Part shown: positions 51,196 to 63,780 of the stretch, piece by piece
How the letters are laid out: every line of letters begins with the position of its first letter
Numbering within the stretch: the stretch's first letter is position 1
The notes under the pieces: generated by a model
The model's input: only the letters and a program-made list of their open reading frames with translations
What the model was told of the DNA's origin: nothing
Databases searched by the model: none
From: Lingula anatina
Taxonomy: Eukaryota; Animalia; Brachiopoda
Direction: 5' to 3'
DNA length: 64,000 bases
NCBI GenBank assembly: GCA_051362555.1
Contig: CM120640.1
Coordinates: 25,034,225-25,098,224, forward strand
Made by a program: the position numbers and the translations under genes

Positions 51196-53879
51196 AGTGC
51201 TGTGGTTGTGGTAATAAAAGGCCACCGTAGAAGTGAGTATTTCCATCTCTCTATATTGTTCAGATTGTTAGGCATTTTCCTGGTTTATATGCCTCCCTTT
51301 ACGCCTCTTGTTCTCCAGTCACTTTCTTTTTGTAGAATCTTGGCACTCCCAATCAATGTTTTTTTTGTGATGGTTCGTTGTAGCAGAAGGCTACCTTGGG
51401 CTGTAGTGTATTTTTCCCTCTTCAGGTACCCTTTCTTATTCCTTCCCGTGTTCTTTAACTCTAACGTTCAACTTTCTCTTTGTCTCTCCCATATAAATCC
51501 TTCACAAATTAAACACCTGATGGAATACTAGTGCACTCCTCCCGCTGGATCTAGACTGTTCAGGCTTTACTTAAACTTGTCTTTGAGTAGAGTCGTTTGA
51601 ATGCTGTTAGTGTTCCTTTTCCTTCGTTAAAACTAATTTGTGCAATAACCCATTGTGACATTAAGTCTGAAGGTCGCCAGTGGCATGTCAAAATATTTCG
51701 CTTGAATGTTTTTTCCAAGTTTGTGACAAAAGTGCTTTTGATATTTATTTCCCATCAAACTGCTGAAACTTTAAAAACACATTTCATATACAAATGGTTG
51801 ACTTTTATTACATTTTGAAGTAATAATTTAAATTTGCAGGCTACCAAAAGTGGTGGATTCTAAAAATGAAGATTGCAATACCAAACCTCCAGATGAAACA
51901 CTTCTTCAGGATTGAGGGATCTTTATACAGATAACTTTGTAAGTTATTGGGGATCAACAACTTAAGAAAAGTGGTTCTGAATTTTTTAAGTATTATAATT
52001 GGTGTATTATGGCATTTCTTATTATTGACAGTGATCAAAAACTATATCCTATGTAAACAAACAGTAGAATTAGAAGTAGCACAGACAGTCAACAATTTAA
52101 CATGTAGGCTAACATTACAATATTCAATATAGCAACATCTTTTCTTACTTTTTTTGTCAAATGTTTGAAATAATTTATTTTTTGAAGACTGCTGTCTACT
52201 TACTCTAAAAAGTTAATATATATATTTCAATAAAGGAAGCATATTTCACTGTACATTTGGAAATAACGCTCTGATCATTTTAAGAACCAAGCTTTTCATT
52301 AATGTTAACGGTGTGTAAATACCAGTGATATACTTTCTTTGTTGCAGTTACTGCAAGCTTTCGATATAGCTTTTCATACTTTTGAGTAAAAGTTGGATTT
52401 CATTTGTAGGCTACGAATTGGCAGTTTTCCAATAATTACGCCTGCATGATGTCGGATAACGTCGACCTAAGACCAAATGTCCAAGATGTTAAACACTGTA
52501 CAGCGTTAGCAAGGAGCCCTGTGGACACTTTCATCGATGCTCGGATATCCCACGAGTTTTGGTGTTGAAGGACACGGCTTGTTCTGCAAACAAATATAGA
52601 GAATGTGGAATGGTAATGAAGGCAATATACAGTACTGAATGTAGTGGGAATACAGTCTAATAATGTATCAGTCTTTTGGATGCTGAGAATATTTGGGGTT
52701 CATGGGTCACAAACATGTCAAGGTGAAATTGCATCAAATTTCATTTGTATTTTATGCCTTATGCAGTGAACCATTTTATTTCAATAACAGAAGAGAAAAC
52801 TGAGGTTCAAGATAATTCTTCATTCCATACAAGATCAATTGAATAAGATGTGTGCTTCTGTAGGAAAAGTCTACCTCTACAGTTGCTATAATTATTATAT
52901 TAATAAATTTGAATATAGAGTTGCTTTATCCACATTCTGAATGCAGATAGTTTTTTGCTCACAAAAACATTCCCACCACTTGTGGTCGTCTGTGTTTTGT
53001 TTCAATCTGAGATGGTCATTTTTCAAATTTGTGCTTTTGATGATGTGGAGTTGTTTGTCAGTATGGCATTTGAAAAGGTCTTAACCTGCACACTAACCTT
53101 ACTAACAAACCCTCACATCTTTGTAAAATCTGACTTCATGTAAACGCTTTTACATGAAGAGATTTCACATTGATAGATTGTGCAAAATCTGTAATGAAAT
53201 ATTTTACGTGTGAGAAAATATTTCATTATATATTTTGTACAGTCTGCTCTTCTTGAGAGATGCTGTCATCTCTCAAGATAGAGATCACATTACTAATATT
53301 CAGATTTTCTCAAGTGTTATAGTTGACAAATACATCCACTTCATCACATATGAACCTTTTCTCCGGATCAAAAAAATTCAGATTGAAATTTACATGGGCG
53401 GTCATACAGTGTAATGTGAGATCCGAAATATTTGAAGCAAGCTTGCTTTATTCTGTACTTGTATCATGCAGGTAGTTGCGATTTCAGTGCAAAGTTACAT
53501 TTAAGAAACCTGGTATTTTAAGTCGAATTATATATCAAAGTTTAGTTGAAATCATTGATATTCCCGAGTTATAATCATATTACTTGAATCTGTTTGCATT
53601 TCATCATAAAGAGAACTATAATCAAGTTTTGAAAGATGCTTGCAGTTGTAAAATGATTAACTTTATTTATGGTTTTAATTCTCCAAGATAAAGTCAAAAT
53701 TATTCTGTTTAGTTGTTATCTCTTGTTAGTTTTTTTATTGGCTTCATTGCCTTTTTCTGTAAGAATTACTTTAATAAGTTTTTATGCTTCACCTCGTGTA
53801 TAGTATATATAGAGAATAGTTAGTCAAGACAAAGGTTATTCCGTCACACAATGCTGTCTAAAACGGGACGATTCTTGAA

Positions 53880-54030
53880 CTGTACGCAGCGCCGTGCCAA
53901 TAGAAACCGATTTCGTCATGTTATAAGGACCGAATTATCCGGGCGTGGGCACTTTCCCGGCATTCCCCACGAAGGGTTTAGACGGGTTTTTCCCCACGGC
54001 CCGAGAGCATCTGGTACCAGTTTCCGACCA
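53880..54030. promoter_or_regulatory. GC-rich island with clustered kB-like, Sp/KLF, CCAAT and IRF-like motifs
   Basis: CCAAT 53897, GAAACCGA 53903, GGGCGTGG 53941, GGGCACTTTCCC 53947, GGCATTCCCC 53959, GGGTTTTTCCCC 53984. Confidence 0.4.
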
Positions 54031-54859
54031 CAAGACCTGCATTATCGGACTGTGTGCGTTCCGACGCTAGATGAAGACGATGGAAAATCTTAGAACTTTT
54101 GATAATACTGCTATGTATTAATTCATTGCGTTTACGTAGTTCGTTACTGATTATTAGTCCTTTTTAAATCAACTGTAAAATTGTACATAATTCAAAATTG
54201 TACATAATAGTTGAATAAAAAATATTCTATAATTTTCTTTCTTTATTTTTTATTTATTTATTTATTTATTTTTTTTTTTTTTGTAAAAAAAAAAGTGGTC
54301 GTGTACAGATCGCTAAAAAAAAGCGAGACTTGCAAATAAATTTAAATGGACTCGCATGTATGCTCGTTTAATCATTAGTAGAAATTATCCTCTTTCGCCT
54401 CTTACTTAAACTTTTACAATCTCGTCATTATTTCTGTCACTCCAATTTCTTCCATAAAACTAGCCGATGTCCAGGTAATGAGTTGAATTTTGGTTTTTGG
54501 ATACAAAGCTGTGGTGCTGCGTTACTTTGCTCTCCCGGGCCCTGTAACTCGAAAGCAGCGCGCATTGCGACCGAGCGCAAGCGTCTCGATTCCATTACTT
54601 GCCCATGCTCGCCCCATGTAATACACTGTAGCCTCTATATGATATCGCCGTTCGCAATACGCGATGCTTTTAAGTTACGGAGCCCCAGGAATAACTCGAG
54701 CCGTTACCTAGACTTTCCTGAGTCAAATTAGAGAAGTAACTATCTTACTTAAATAAATCCCACTGTAGATTTAAGAACCCAACACCTCTTAATGTTAACG
54801 AAGGGGTACATTGTGTATAAATGTATATGTTCTTGACTATAACACAAGTAAAACGAGAA

Positions 54860-54912
54860 AAAAACTAGTTTTTTCCCATTCCTGTGCCATTGTAATCCTT
54901 ATCTACTGGCAC

Positions 54913-54950
<38 letters not shown>

Positions 54951-55485
54951 GGGAATTGAGGCCCCATTTTTTTATATAAATGCATATAGCAAGCAAAACT
55001 AGACAAAACCAAGATTTTTTCCATCCTTGTGCCATTATTGTCCTTATCTACTGGCACTATTTTATATTTGCTGAGGGAATTAAGGCCCAATTTTTTTATT
55101 CTTAAGAACTCTTCACTCCCATCCCTGTAGCATAATACTTGCCGATTGCATTTATTTTGAGAATCAGATTTTATATAAATGTATAATGCAAGCAAAAATA
55201 GACAGAACCAAGAATTTTCCCATTTCTGTGCCATCACCGGTGACATGTACCAGAAAGTCCCCCATGACAGAGAGTCCGCTTCCCATTCATTTGTACAAGT
55301 GAGCCTCGCCCTAGATTTTGACCTACTTAGGTCAAACTAACCCTAACTATATGGAGGACGGACTTTCAGTCACACGGACCCTCAGTTTCATGGCACCGGC
55401 CTTATCTACTGGTACTCCTTCATATTTGCTGTGGGAATTGCGGCCCAAAATTTTTATTTTTAAGACCCCCCCTCCATTCCCGTAG
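54860..55485. repeat. Degenerate local triplication
   Basis: CCTTATCTACTGG...TTGCTGTGGGAATTGAGGCCC-like unit recurs near 54897, 55042 and 55399. Confidence 0.7.
55237..55399. mobile_element. Small MITE-like insertion interrupting the third copy of a local repeat
   Basis: CCGGTGACATG ... CATGGCACCGG termini; the flanks TGTGCCAT and CCTTATCTACTGG are nearly contiguous in the two neighbouring copies. Confidence 0.55.
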
Positions 55486-56345
55486 CAAATGACAAAATTT
55501 AGTTTTTACAAATATGCATACATTTATCATAAATATGTGTGGTAATATTTTAATAATGTTAAGCGAAGATTAGAGGCAAATGACGAATATTAAATATGTT
55601 ACAAATATACTAATAATTATTACTGATTTGTGCTAGTGAAATTGTGATGCTGCAAAATAAAATTTGCGGCTTTGCTGAGCAGGTGCAACACTTGATAATA
55701 CTTCCTTTCCGTTTAAGATTTAAGCAAGCCTGTATTTAATATGTATCGTGGTTTTGGAACACTGCCATTATATTATAACTGAAGATGTTCTCAGGAGTTG
55801 CCATACCATTAACACAATTCAATTCTCTTATAGATTGTGTCATGGTTGACTTAAATGTTTTAAGGTTGAAAGTAATAATTAATACAGATTCGGTAAATGG
55901 TGATTGTAATATTGTTTGTGAGTTCCTGTTTTCATAGTTACTAGTAATTCACACTTAAATTGTAGAAGGAAGATTGCCACGGGACCCATATCTTAGTCTG
56001 GTGTTTTTTTATCATCTTCTTTTAACTTTTGTTAAAATAATAACAACTTGTATAACATCACAATAACACACTGGCATCTTTGAAAATATGCATTGGGTGT
56101 ATATCTAAGGATTATTCATGACTTAAACTATTTATATTTTACGAGAATTAATTGATGATTTAAACACTTATCATAAGCAGCTGAGATAAAATAGATGGAA
56201 AATGCAAAAGCTGATGAATGATAAGTATTAAAATGAAAAAATATTTTTTGGATCCCTTTTCACTGATTTAAACTTATTCAACCATTTTGAAGACTTGCAG
56301 TTCCTACGTGTGTTAATAAAGGGAATCGGAGAAGACTGATTGTGC

Positions 56346-56458
56346 CCGGAAGTGACGTGTAGTGGTGTTAGAAGCGAAGCTGAGTGGTCATTTTACCTGG
56401 AGGTGAACGGGAGAGAAGACGTGTAGTCGGAGCAAAAAGAAGTTTTCTAAACAACCTG
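56346..56458 (+). promoter_or_regulatory. Putative housekeeping-type promoter (ETS-CRE composite) with short non-coding first exon
   Basis: CCGGAAGTGACGT at 56346-56358, followed by a CpG-containing segment ending in the donor CTG|GTAAGA (GT at 56459). Confidence 0.5.
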
Positions 56459-56516
56459 GTAAGATAACTCTCTTTTTTTACGCATTTTGGGCAGAGAATA
56501 CTTGTAAAAATAAAAG

Positions 56517-58243
56517 GTGCATGATATGAAAACGTGACACGGAACTTGAAGGTGCAAAATCGTGCTTAATTTGCGGTCAACTTGTTTTGAAATAAATGCT
56601 GCTTTGGCCGCCAGCGCGACAAAGAGCGTTAAGGGAAAATAATTCCCGGTAGTCTATAAATCTTTGTCATGTGGAAATTTGGCATTAATATAATCTGATA
56701 TGTCCATATCTAAGTATTTTGGGGTGTTTTATGGTATGGGCTGCAATTATAACGATGTTATAGAGGTTTTGAAGGACCTTATGAAAACCAGGAAGTAGTT
56801 CGTAACTAACAACTGAATCGTACCGATCTCCGACTGCTGTGCAAAGCTGTATCTTTTTTCAATATTTTGACGAATTTTTAGATCTTTATATGTCCATCTG
56901 ACATGAAATTCCACACATATGATCACACTAATACACCTTTTACACTGGGGGAGGAGCTAATAAGACAAATGCCAAGACAAAGGTGACATTTTGACAGCCT
57001 CTTATCTGAGTTTAAAATCACTGACAAAAGAGACTGGCAATCAATTTCCTCAGGCTGGCAATCATTAGCCTATAGAAATTGGTCACGTTATATCTTATCT
57101 ACCTGTGAGAATCGTTTTACCAAATGGTGCTTTATAATACTTCCTATGTGAATGCATTTATGTAACTAAAAACCTTCTTTTAAGGATACATAAGAAAATT
57201 TGATTGGAATATAAAATCCGAATAACTTAACTCTAATTATGACAGTGTTTAAACAATTTCATCATTTTATTTACACAAAAATATGTAGTAATTGTTTAAT
57301 ATAAATATACCATTTACTATATATTAAATCAACAATAATCAAAACCCATGTAACTTATGAGAGCAAAACCATTACAGATGACAGAATATCTTTTTTCCTG
57401 TCACTAAGTATAGCCCCTCGCCACCACCACCCTGAAAAATATATACCTGAAATGACTTCCCTACATCACGCTTGATGTTCACTATCCACTGCTTTTTCAG
57501 TTTTTCATCTACTGGAAATGTATGGTAGGACAGCTATGTTCCATCTTAAGAAAGTGGGCCTACACTGGGGCAAAGAGGCACACAACATTTCCTGAGACTC
57601 AGTAAAATTAAAAGTAGCAAAATTAATACTGAACAATTAATAACAAATGAGCTACTGCACAGCAATCAATGTGCAAGTCAAGACCATTTTGACAGGTAAT
57701 AAGCTGTAAGATGCCATTAAATGCCAGTCGCGTACTTGTGATTTTTAGCTCAGATAAGAGGCTGTCAGAATGTCACCTTTGTCTTGGCATTTGTCACTGA
57801 TTTGTGCCTACCCCAGTGTAAAAGGTGTATTAGTGTGCTCATATGTGTGGCATTTCATGTCAGATGGACATGTAAAGATATAAAAATTCGTTAAAATATT
57901 GAAAAAAAGATACAGCTTTGCACAGCAGTCAGAGATCGGTACGGTTCAGTTGTTAGTTACGAACTACTTCCTGGTTTTTACAAGGTCCTTCAAGACCTCT
58001 ATAACATCGTTATAATTGCAGCCCATACCATAAAACAGCCCAAAATACTTAGATATGGACATATCAGATTATATCAATGCCAACGTTGCATGACAACGAT
58101 TTATAAACTCCCGGGAATTATTTTCCCTTAACGCTCTTTGTCGCGCTGGCGGTCGATGCAGCATTTATTTCAAAACAAGTTGACCGCAAATTAAGCACGA
58201 TTTTGCACCTTCAAGTTCCGTGTCACGTTTTCATATCATGCAC
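56517..58243. mobile_element. Fold-back non-autonomous DNA element with about 500-bp terminal inverted repeats
   Basis: 56517 to about 57020 is the reverse complement of about 57738-58243 (GTGCATGATATGAAAACGTGACACGGAACTTGAAGG...) with scattered mismatches; no internal ORF; no clear TSD. Confidence 0.85.
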
Positions 58244-58776
58244 AATTCTGACCAATGCTGATCTTCTCCGGCACCCTTTATTGTGTCTTCTAAACCAGCA
58301 ACAGACCGTCTGGCATACATATACATGGACTGCAAAAAGTAGAGTAAGAATTTTCGACGGAATTAGAAAGGAGGAGTGCATGCAATCACTTGCAAAGTGG
58401 CCAAAAATGTATATTCAGGCATTATTTTGTAAGTTTGGAAGTTGCTAATAGTTGATAAGCACTAGTCGATGACACAAAGAAATTTCCTATTTTTGCACAA
58501 AAAAGCCCTCAGCAGTCTTCTTGATTTACATTATTTTGTAATGACCAAAATAATTCCAAAGAATTGCAAATATAATGTTTATTATTGATGGGTGTTAATT
58601 ATCGATTGAATAATAGAATGGAATGGAAAGAAAACTTAACATAAAATAAATGGAAAGAAAGATGACGTTTGAATCATAATGCAGGTGTAGAGAGATAAGA
58701 CAGTGTACCGTGCAAGGGGATTGATAGAAATATTTTTATAATAAGCAAACGTAAAACATCAGCATGTTGTAAAGCC

Positions 58777-58778
<2 letters not shown>

Positions 58779-58818
<40 letters not shown>
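58779..58818. repeat. (GA)n microsatellite
   Basis: Direct inspection; similar tract at 18401-18430. Confidence 0.95.
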
Positions 58819-58822
<4 letters not shown>

Positions 58823-59171
58823 ACAACAGCAACGATGCCATAACGGTTGTAAGATAAGCCAATTTGTATATATAGAATGCCGAAGAAAAAATGCTTTTGT
58901 GGTTTATTTCGCGCAAAAAACAAAGATGAAAATCATAAGTCATCTTCATACATATCATAATTGTCGATAGTAAACAGCACATATTTTAACTGTTTATTAC
59001 TTTTATTTTTAAAAACAAAGTCACTTAGTGGTATTTTTGATGACATTTTTTTTTTTCAAATGACCAAACAAATTTTGTTTCAACTATTTCTTAAATAATT
59101 AAAAAAATTAAGAAATGATTAAGCTTTTTATAATCAAACATAGATTCGATTTATCTTTATTTGAAAACATT

Positions 59172-62100
59172 TTAATTTGATTTTCTTTTACGTTTTACCA
59201 TATGCGCAACTATATGATAAGTCAGTAATGATAACAAAAACAATATGGTAAGAAACAAGTTTAAATTTATACCCGACACTTCCGTGACTTTCTTGAAAAT
59301 TGGTGGTTTTTTCTCTTCAAAAGATGTGATGATAAAAGCATCTATATCTTCATTATTTGCGCTAAGGCTTGTGAACTTAAGGTCCTTGAGTGCAAAATTC
59401 CAAACAGCCCCTTGGCCCACTCCAAAGAACTCATCCGAATTATTTGGGAATAGTGCCCAGTGGCCTAGTGGCCCGTAAAACATGCGAAGAAACGGTTCAG
59501 TGGCATTATGAACAACGGTGACGCTGCCGAAAAGCGGGTGATGATATCGTCCCACATAGCTGCTGAGAGCCCGTGCCGCAGTGCCGCGAGTTCGGTTTGC
59601 ACCGGATTTGGGAATATATTGCCAGTCAGCAAACGGAGCTGGGAACGTGCAAATAGTTGAACTGTTCAGCCATGGAGTCTCCTCCAAAAGGATGTCCAAC
59701 AAGTATGCCATTATCACGCGTCTTCTAAAGTGAGATCTGTCAAACGTATTGAAATTCAGGTAGGCGCCGATGTTCATTGAAGGAATGAATGTTAGGATGG
59801 AAGAAAACCCGAGGGTCGATCCAGAATGCGTAACTAGTGGGTAGCCTGCAATGAATACACATAAAAGTTGTATATAAATACCACGCAATGGCGAAATAAG
59901 ATAAAATTTTAGAAAAATCATCACTTTTTCTTACATGACTCTCTATGAAATTGTAACTCAAAAATTTGCGTGAATTTTCTTTTAGATGGGGATTTTTACT
60001 TTATGGATTATGATAACCCTCGTTTTGAAATGGAGTACTAACTAACGCCGCATCACATTTTGGAGGCAACCAAGGATCCAGAGCTACAATTCCCAGATAA
60101 CTGAAGCTGAATAATAAGTATTTAACAACACAGATAACGATACTTATACATGTTGCACTTTCTCTCAGGTTGGTGCAATTGCATCTAGTTGAATTTCAAA
60201 AATATAAGACAGTGATACAAATATTTATACTTGCACTACAGTATAACACAATCAGACAGTCATAATATAATATAATATAATATAATATAATATAATATAA
60301 TACCTCGGTAATATCCCACTTTCCACGCACAGCCATATTCCTCGAATATAAAGGTGACGGGAGTTATTGGGCGAGCTGTAAACTTGTTGCGGGGATGAGG
60401 TACAGGAATAACAGGCCTGTATGTTTCTGCAAGAACTTCCTGTGGGATAACTTGAGTGTCGTCCTCTGCTCGGCCTTCGTTTAGGTGAAACAGTATCCAT
60501 TTCCCCATGTCTACTGAGTCAGAAACGATCGCCATTGAGGGGGCATTCATGGACCACAGCCTGTTAGAATGCATTATTTTGTTGTAGTATGCGTAGGTAA
60601 AAAATTGACTTGATATCCACCAAGCGTCTTATCTGATCAATTGCTTAAATGTGTAACACAGATAACATACGGTTAGTTAATATGACATATATTTTTAACG
60701 TAAAAATGGTATTTGTGAGATACATATTATTCTAGATGCATATTGGAAAATGTGTTACTATCAGTAGCACTAAGTGATATAGAATTCTTATTTGGCTTAC
60801 GGCAAATAGGCAGCTCATTAGGAAATTAGCGTATATAGAATTTATGCAATGATAGAATAACGTATAAAATGGAATTTGTGAGATACATATTGTTCTAGAA
60901 GTATATTTGAAATTGCTTTACTATGGATAACACCCAGTGATAAAGGGTTTTTTTTATGGCTAGGGGCAAATAGGCAGCTCACTAGGACAGCGAATATAGA
61001 ATTTATGCAATTATAGAACAGGCATCGGGTGCATATAGATAATGTCCCTTACGTCATTTTTACATAGTGCTCATTATACGGCAGAGAAATTAAGTTACTT
61101 CATGGTATAACCTCTGACTCTACAGTTTCATAGTATTAGTACTATGGTATTCAGTACACATAACAGAACCCAAAAATGCAATGCCAATATAGTCGTCTAA
61201 GGAAGGCTAATCTTCTTCTCAACCATGGCATTGTCTAAAGATTATTTCTCCAAAAGAATGTAGCTTATCGACTATGCCTACAGTCAGGGACTACACGTGC
61301 AATGAACACGTTTTGTCCGCATTAAAAATGACTAGCCTCTACAATCACAGATACTTGGTCAAATTTGTCCTTGCCAAGACCGATTATGATAATCGCAGGT
61401 TATTTTGCTCTATTGAAGATTAAATTTTCGAGTTGGGGACATTATATTATTCACCTGATACAACCCGATTGCCTGCAATTGTCACAAATTAGGCCTACTT
61501 ATTCTATCATGTCTGCTGAATTTTTTTTATGTTGCAAAGGAGTACGCATAATTTGTTATGATTGCACAGGACTGACAATAAATAGAGCTTACTTTAAAAT
61601 TTTAGGAGAAATTTCTCTTGTTGCGTTGAAGTTCCTTTTAGTAAAATCATAGGGTGTTGGTAACTGGAACTGCTCGTAATTTGACGTATTTAGGATGGCG
61701 GTGTGGCGCATGCCTATTGGTTTTAACAGCTCGTCCTGCATGGCATCTGACCATGGCTTCCTCGTCAGACGCTGTGTCACGTGACCAACTAACCCGTACA
61801 TAAGGTTGTTATACATTAATTTGCTTCTGAGTGGAAACGCTGTTTGGAGTAGCGGCAGTACCCTGAAATGAAATCATACTAACAACTCTAGTATCTTGGA
61901 AGATTTGGTCTCTCAAATGAAGATGACATAATAATGTTTTCAGTTTTGTTTTGTGACTGTATGTAATTTTTTATTATAAAGCTTTGATAAGTTCCCTGAA
62001 AGAAGTTTAGTATTATTCTTATAATATGTAAAGGCTTAAACAATTGTATCCAGTTTATAACTACACGAAAGGATACAGCTTACTGAGCAATGTTATCTAA

Positions 62101-62729
62101 CGTTATCTGTCCTCCCAGTCTGGCTTTGTCGTAGCTGGGAATACCGGTCCGGTGACTGAAGAGGTCTCGGGCTGTGACATGTGCCGTTAATTCTTCAGTA
62201 GAAAATCGCAAATCATTCAACTCTCTAATTGTTGTCAATGGAGTCTCTAGATCGTGCCTGCATCAACATATATACAGAAATTTACTTTCGTGATCAGTTT
62301 TTCTGTACATTTATAAAAATTAAAATCTCATCCAAAAATGTGTTTCTATCGACGTATAAACATAACTCATAACTTATCGATTTATATATTTCGATAAAAT
62401 AAGGAGTTATTTTCATAGGTAAAAATAGCAATATGTTGCTATAGCTCTTCACAATTACGGTTAAATGACATAAAAAGTCACTTTCCGGAAAAAAGGTCAT
62501 TAAATGCTTTCATGGCATACGCAGCCGAACATAAGGTCTATAAAAAATGGCAAGTAATTTAGAAAGGGAATAAAGGTGGTCATTAACAATTCACCTCGTA
62601 GCTGAACTTCCGTTTAAATGCAAACAAAGATGAATACGAGTTTAGATGTCGATTGATCACGGTTAATCGCAAATAACAGAATTACTCATGTATTTTTTAC
62701 AGTATAGTTTTTTCACATCTTACAACATT

Positions 62730-62766
<37 letters not shown>

Positions 62767-63780
62767 TCAATTTTCCACGATTTTTTTTTAAATTTTGAAT
62801 ATGAGAAATTGGAAAAAATTCTATACATGTAAATGTGATTGAAAATAAAGGTGTATCATAAAACGTGTCCATATATCGTTCCTTTCACCCTTTAACATTT
62901 AACCATGAGACCTGCTTACGTTAAAGCGTATGGTATTCGTTTTGTAATTGAAGACTATCGAGACGTACAAGGACACGGCAGTATAAAGTGTTTTAAATAT
63001 AAGTTTGAACTAAAACACGATGACAAGCTAGAAACTGAGTACCCTTACCCCTTTTCATACAATATTTTGGAGAGCAAAGTAGCTGAAAATGCTTTCGTCA
63101 ACGATCCGATGCTAAACAATGTGGAGCTTGTAACGGGTTCCTGGCCGTTCTTGTCCTTTGTTCCATACCCTTTTGCCAAAATAATACGTCCATTTTTCAC
63201 CAGAGTTACTGACAACCCTGGGATTCTGAGGCAAGATAGAACTTCAGACATGACGGCATCAATGGTGCTCTCTTCACTAGTGGCGCTGGAACCACTTACC
63301 AATATCCATGAAACTAAAATAACGATAAAAATACTGCATCCAGTTAAAGTCTGATCAAATAATGGATAACTGTAAAACTGTGTATAAATGCATAGCGATG
63401 CTTATATGCGTGGGAACGTCGTAGAATAAATAAATTTTATTTTGTGCTGGTACCATAAAGACGCAGGAACAGTAATTTCGATCCAAAAGTAGTATACAGA
63501 ACACTAAAATCAGCTCTAAAATCCCTCTTTTCATCTTTTATCATTAGTAATATTCATGATGGGACCTTCTTCATGTTTAAAGACTTCATTTTCTCGTATT
63601 TTGCAGAATTTAATGAAAACCAATAAAATACACCTTGTTTTTCAGTCATTATGTTTGTATTGCAAACTCATTATATTGTGATGGGCTGTCAGCCTATATG
63701 TAACACACATTGACAAATGTCAATACAAATAACTTACCAGCTGTTGTTACAAGAAATAGATTCAACTGCATCATGCCCAT
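59172..63780 (-). CDS. Serine beta-lactamase/PBP-fold hydrolase with signal peptide and C-terminal TM, 560 aa; exons 63780-63738, 63313-63049, 62257-62084, 61862-61593, 60560-60304, 59845-59172
   Basis: Exons sum to 1683 nt in one frame with GT-AG introns. Motifs: IPGLSVTLVKNG, FSIGSLTKAF (SxxK), DLFSHRTGIP, YNN (YxN), HSGS (KTG-equivalent), YVGRYHHPLFG. N-terminus MGMMQLNLFLVTTAVSWILVSGSSA; C-terminal hydrophobic stretch followed by KRKRKSN. Confidence 0.92.
60711..61020. repeat. About 163-bp diverged tandem duplication in a hydrolase intron
   Basis: ATTTGTGAGATACATATT..TCTAGA and GGCAAATAGGCAGCTCA each recur once. Confidence 0.75.

Larger units (their letters stand above)
46642..52250 (+). 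ncRNA. Putative multi-exon, repeat-built transcript (lncRNA or decayed/orphan gene)
   Basis: Co-oriented AG/GT-bounded GC-rich blocks at 47496-47558, six 52-nt units, 48431-48853, 48922-49438, 49849-50023, 50252-50397, 50699-51232 and 51840 onward; AATAAA at 52229; no recognisable protein. Confidence 0.4.

Noticed and set aside
62905-63354. 149-aa plus-strand ORF
   Set aside because: Antisense shadow of hydrolase exon 2.
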